A stretch of DNA of 64,000 nucleotides, taken from an uncultured Bacteroidales bacterium (GTDB lineage Bacteria > Bacteroidota > Bacteroidia > Bacteroidales > UBA10428). Every line of letters starts with the position of its first letter. Within the stretch, counting starts at the first letter, position 1. Positions 59,977 through 64,000 of the stretch are shown piece after piece. The translations under genes were made by a program, and so were the position numbers. Under the pieces are notes generated by a model. That model saw only the letters and a list, made by a program, of their open reading frames with translations, searched no databases and was not told where the DNA came from. The stretch is taken from contig CAVQXX010000001.1 in NCBI GenBank assembly GCA_963717995.1, forward strand, positions 14,187-78,186, read 5' to 3'.

Positions 59977-60758
59977 GATTCTAAGAGTTTTAAAAAATTT
60001 TCAATTTTTCTTGGTCGCTCAGATGGATTTTTTTTAAAAACAGAATTGCAAAAAAGTGTTAATACCTTACTGGAAAAGAAACTGAAAAATCGCTTTTTTG
60101 AAATGTTGTATATATATCACCTCTATCACTTCCAAAAGGCAAATTGTTATTATACAAATAGAATGCTATTATTCCAAGGCAAAAAAGTCTGTTCTATAGG
60201 AAATAAGTTTTTTTTGACCAGCATATTGTTCTGGACTTGCAAAAAGCCATGATAAAGGTTGTCCTCCTCCTGTTGCGGTTAAACTCTCTTCATCTAATGC
60301 CCTGCAATACCAAAATCAAGGACTACTGGGTTTCCATTTTTACGAATTCGAATATTTTGCGGTTTTAAGTCTCTATGGACATAGTTATCTTCCCAAATTG
60401 GTTTGAGAATATTCCCAACATTCAATATCAGGTTACAAATTTTAACTTCATCATCTTTATAAGACCTATTGATGTCGCACAAATCTTCACCATCAATGTA
60501 CTCTTCAAGGATAATGGTTTCTTTGTCAAATTTCTCTATTCTTTCAATATTTGGGATTCCAAGATTCATAGAATACTTTTGGCATATTCTTACCTCTCTC
60601 TCAAATCTTTCATCAACTGAATTTATTATTTTCAAAGCATATTTAACTCCTCCTATTGTCACTATAAATACGGTCTTCTGCCCACCCTGTTTGGGTTGGG
60701 AATAATCAGTGATATTAAAATGACTTATCAATTCTTGAGTCAATGTTATTGATGCCAT
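59973..60758 (-). pseudogene. minimal Hanks-type Ser/Thr protein kinase (~260 aa), about three frameshifts
   Basis: GGQKTVF, YALKII, EREV, HRDLKPQNI and LDFGIA in ORF 60294..60758. The rest is in shifted frames: LDEESLTATGGGQPLSWLFASPEQ, DFFALGIIAFYLYNNNLPFG, FKKNPSERPRKIENFLKLLES. Confidence 0.8.
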
Positions 60759-61100
60759 GGATTTAAAATTTATTGCTGTTATTTATAAATGTAACAAAAA
60801 CATGTTAGGAATCATTTGCAATATAATCTAAAGGTAATTAGGGGATATTTCATCACCAAATTTATATTTTATGTGAAAAAATCCTGTAGACACTCATTAG
60901 CAATATCAAATGTATAAAATAACGCATAGAATTATTATTGAAGTTTCAATAATTCAAAATTTACAATTCAATTCTACAGTGACTTTATGTATATGTCTCC
61001 CTAATCAACTGGATGAAATTTGATTTTTAATGGTTTTGAGTGTTTTTTGGTTCAAGAAATTGTGTTTTTCGAACTGCTGTAGCTTTTCAATGAAAGGCAA

Positions 61101-62186
61101 TTAATCCTCTATCTTATTTACCAACGGGTCATAATAATCAATCTTCTCTCTCGCCCAAATAAGCCAATTTTTCAAGTCCTCTGTGAGTTCACCCTTCTGA
61201 ATTGCTCTGACTTCAACTTCAGTTATATAAGCCCGAAGAATCTCTGATTTATGCCATTTCTTTGATTTTTTTAGAACTTTTTTGAAGTTCGCAATATCTT
61301 GCTCTTCGTTCATTTTTATTTCGTCCAGAATTCGTTGTTCTTCTCTTTCAATTGCCCACTGTTTTTCCCGTTCAATTCTCTGTTCCCTTTCCGTTAATGC
61401 CATCATTTCAAGACCAGCAAGAATTTTTGGCAATTGATTTTCGATGGTTATTTTTCCGTCTGACCAGGTTTTCTGGTGAAAAATGAAGTGTTTCCAAATC
61501 CTAAAGGTTAAGATGCCAGTAGGAAAATATTCTCGACTCTTCCAGCCATAATTATTATCCTTTTCCTCAAATCGCAGTTTCTCCTGGAGACGAATTACAA
61601 TTTTTTCTCCGAAAATCACAGCATATGTTTTATCAGAATTGACGATAACTTCATGACCTCTGGCTCTGAGTAGTTTTATCAGTGTATCCATGAACCGCAA
61701 TGCTCTTGAAAAATTCCTTGGTGTAACTTTCATATCAATAAAACCTGATTTTGTTTGAATCAAGCCATTTCGACTCCAATAATTGTGATTATCACCTTTA
61801 AGGTCATCTTGAGCCTGAACAATTAATGAATCTGGATTTTTCAGTTTGGTTGGTACTCTCATAGGCAATTCTTTGTTTGATTCAATTTCTTTGATTAAAC
61901 TGGTTTTGATTGAAACTTCTCGTTTTTTCACCTCATCCTTCTCATCAATCGCATTTAAGGTTACCTCATCCCTCCCTGAGTAATTTGTAGGCAAATCGAT
62001 TTTTAAGACAGGTTTTAGATATTGAAGTTTTTGCCAATGACCCAAATTTGGCAATGGGATATTCATTTTCTTGCAAATTTTTCGAAGTCCATAGTCTGAT
62101 ATGTGATATTGTTTCGCAAGTTTTGATAATGGTGTTGTCCAGACTAATTCATAAAGTTGTTGACGGTTAAGCGTTATTTGTTCCAT
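61101..62186 (-). CDS. hypothetical 361-aa protein (conserved N-terminal module, coiled-coil C-terminal half)
   Basis: N-terminus LYELVWTTPLSKLAKQYHISDYGLRKICKKMNIPLPNLGHWQK resembles a module I recall in uncharacterised proteins. EREKQWAIEREEQRILDEIK coiled coil. Confidence 0.55.
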   Translation of the reverse strand: MEQITLNRQQLYELVWTTPLSKLAKQYHISDYGLRKICKKMNIPLPNLGHWQKLQYLKPVLKIDLPTNYSGRDEVTLNAIDEKDEVKKREVSIKTSLIKEIESNKELPMRVPTKLKNPDSLIVQAQDDLKGDNHNYWSRNGLIQTKSGFIDMKVTPRNFSRALRFMDTLIKLLRARGHEVIVNSDKTYAVIFGEKIVIRLQEKLRFEEKDNNYGWKSREYFPTGILTFRIWKHFIFHQKTWSDGKITIENQLPKILAGLEMMALTEREQRIEREKQWAIEREEQRILDEIKMNEEQDIANFKKVLKKSKKWHKSEILRAYITEVEVRAIQKGELTEDLKNWLIWAREKIDYYDPLVNKIED

Positions 62187-62311
62187 TGTGATATCATTTA
62201 AAGTGCTTTCAAAATTAAGAAATACAGGTCAATTCATTAACTAAATTGCTCTATTCCAATGCGTATGGACAAAAAAAGAATTGTGATAGTGATGAAAGGC
62301 ACATATTTTAG

Positions 62312-62366
62312 TACATTTGATATCATTAAAAAATAATTTTCTTGTTGTCAATTGATTTACAACAAG
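62312..62366 (+). promoter_or_regulatory. -7 box (TACATTTG) followed by an 8-bp-stem leader hairpin
   Basis: TACATTTG at 62312-19. CTTGTTGT-N10-ACAACAAG at 62341-66, upstream of the ATG at 62403. Confidence 0.35.
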
Positions 62367-62402
62367 TAAAAACCATTTTTTCAGAAAACATATCCAAATT
62401 CA

Positions 62403-64000
62403 ATGCTACTCGACAACAAAACCCAAACCGAAGACAGTTCATATTATAAAGTATTTGACTTTATTAAAAATTATACCGAACAGGGGAAATTTGACCTTGT
62501 TTCTGGGTTTTTCTCCGTAAATGCTTTGGCATTAATGCATGATGAGGTAAATCAGGTAGAAAAATTCAGGATGATTCTGGGTAACCTCATGCAGGATGAT
62601 TCGCAGTTGAATAAAATCATTGACCTGTTAAACGGGGACGCTGGTATTAACAATACTCTCAGTTTAAATGTTTCAGCACAAAAAGCAGTTGCATTCCTGG
62701 AACAGGATAAGGTTGCAGTTAAGAATATTCAGCGCAATTTCTGTCATGCAAAAACTTATATATACAGCGACAAAGACACACGGAAAAGTTTTCAAATCAT
62801 CGGTAGTTCAAACCTTACTGATGCAGGTCTGGGACTCAAAGACAGCAGTAATATTGAATTAAATACTGCCAGTCATAGTGAAGACAATGATTTTAAAGAG
62901 TTGAGGAAGTGGTTTAATAACCAGTGGGATAAAGTGGCTGCCGATAAAATTGAACTCCCCGACAAAAGCAAAACTAAGGTTGATGTAAAAGAACACATTA
63001 TCGAATTAATTAAAAATCTGTTCAAAGAGTACACTCCCTATCAACTTTACTATAAGGTTCTATACGAGTTGTTTAAAGAAGATTTGTTAACTCTTTCAAG
63101 TGATGCGGAATTTAAGAAGAGAATAGAGCACCTGGAGAGTAACTGAAATTTACCGAACTCTTTTCCCATACCAACAAAAAGGTTCTCTTAGTTTGATTAA
63201 AATGCTTCAGAAATACAACGGTGCAATATTAGCCGATGCTGTTGGTCTTGGAAAAACCTGGACTGCATTAGCCGTCATGAAGTATTTTGAGAATAAGGGT
63301 TATACAGTATTCCTTTTCTGTCCGAAAGAAATTACGAAACAATTGGGAGCAGTATCAAAGTGGCAAAGGCTCAAGATTTGAAAAAGATGAGATTGAATAT
63401 TTTGTAAGAAATCATACCGACCTTCAAAATGAACGCCTAAATTCTATCTATCCTGACTTTCCACTTACAAAGTTGCAGCGAAAACAGAAAGTTCTAATTG
63501 TGATTGATGAAAGTCATCATTTGCGCAATGACAAGTCTGCCAGATACAAGTATTTGGTAGATAATGTGTTATTACCCGAAAAGAAACACCGTGAAGTAAA
63601 AGTTCTTCATCTTTCGGCAACCCCTATCAACAACAAGTTGGTTGATATTAGGAATCAGTTTAAACTAATGACTAAGGGAGAAGATAACGGTTTTGAAAAG
63701 ACTGAACTGGAAGTTAGGTAGCCTTGAAAGTATTTTCAGAACAGCACAAAAAGATTTTAACGATTGGAGCGACCTTGAATCCAAGAAAATTTCAGACTTT
63801 ATTTCCAAACTTCCTCAAAAATTCTTTGACCTTACTGATGCTCTTATTGTTGCTAGAACACGTAAGTTGATTGAAGGAGAGTTTGGGGCAATGAATTTCC
63901 CAAAGAAGGCGGTCCGATAAATGATTACATAACACCTGAAAATCTTGGTGACCTGAAATCTTTTGATGATATATTGAAAGCTTTACGGGTCAACCTGACA
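62403..64000 (+). pseudogene. PLD (HKD) nuclease - SNF2 helicase fusion, at least 4 frameshifts, 3' end beyond window
   Basis: HKD motif CHAKTYIY...IIGSSNLTDAGL. Then, in shifting frames: YRTLFPYQQKG, LADAVGLGKTWTA (motif I), VIDESHHLRN (DExH) and LSATPINN. Frame changes at about 63124-46, 63325-27, 63712-20 and 63905-18. Confidence 0.8.

Larger units (their letters stand above)
53000..64000. mobile_element. AT-rich integrated island (integrase, regulators, second recombinase, defence-like cargo); right end beyond window
   Basis: Clear drop in GC by eye after ~53 kb. A tyrosine integrase sits at the left edge. The cargo is kinase/phosphatase/nuclease-like genes and a PLD-SNF2 helicase. Gene fragments lie just outside the left edge. 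Confidence 0.55.

Overview
This 64-kb window looks like a Bacteroidota chromosome. Evidence: T9SS type-A and type-B C-terminal sorting domains, PorP/SprF, a TonB-dependent receptor, a Bacteroidetes-type tyrosine integrase and TAnnTTTG-like -7 boxes. A glycyl-radical enzyme plus activase suggests an anaerobe.

Bases 1 to ~51.5 kb are backbone:
- two two-component systems (one sigma-54/NtrC type, one LytTR type);
- FtsX, MFS and NRAMP transporters;
- osmC and a cold-shock protein;
- a GRE-activase-ROK kinase-DeoR cluster;
- a nucleoside hydrolase-FmdE fusion next to a His-rich metal transporter;
- a ThuA protein;
- a 1847-aa T9SS cargo, a type-B cargo and PorP/SprF;
- a cytochrome b / Rieske / octahaem-TPR operon;
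- GH26, OYE and SDR enzymes, and two sulfatases.

From about 51.6-53.0 kb to the window end the DNA is visibly more AT-rich (judged by eye, not computed) and looks like an integrated island. It carries an integrase, two HTH regulators and a short second tyrosine recombinase. It also carries a convergent four-gene module: a Hanks-type Ser/Thr kinase, a PP2C phosphatase, a PD-(D/E)xK-like protein and an unassigned alpha/beta protein. A 361-aa orphan and a PLD-SNF2 helicase fusion follow, and the fusion runs off the window. The kinase/phosphatase/nuclease module is my best candidate for an undescribed (defence-like) system.

A second unusual signal is that many intergenic gaps are filled by degenerate 7-9-nt tandem 'words', often mirrored into long imperfect palindromes.

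Caveat: I count about 18 single-base frameshifts, mostly at homopolymers. They may be sequencing or assembly errors, so all pseudogene calls are provisional. No rRNA, tRNA or convincing CRISPR array was seen.
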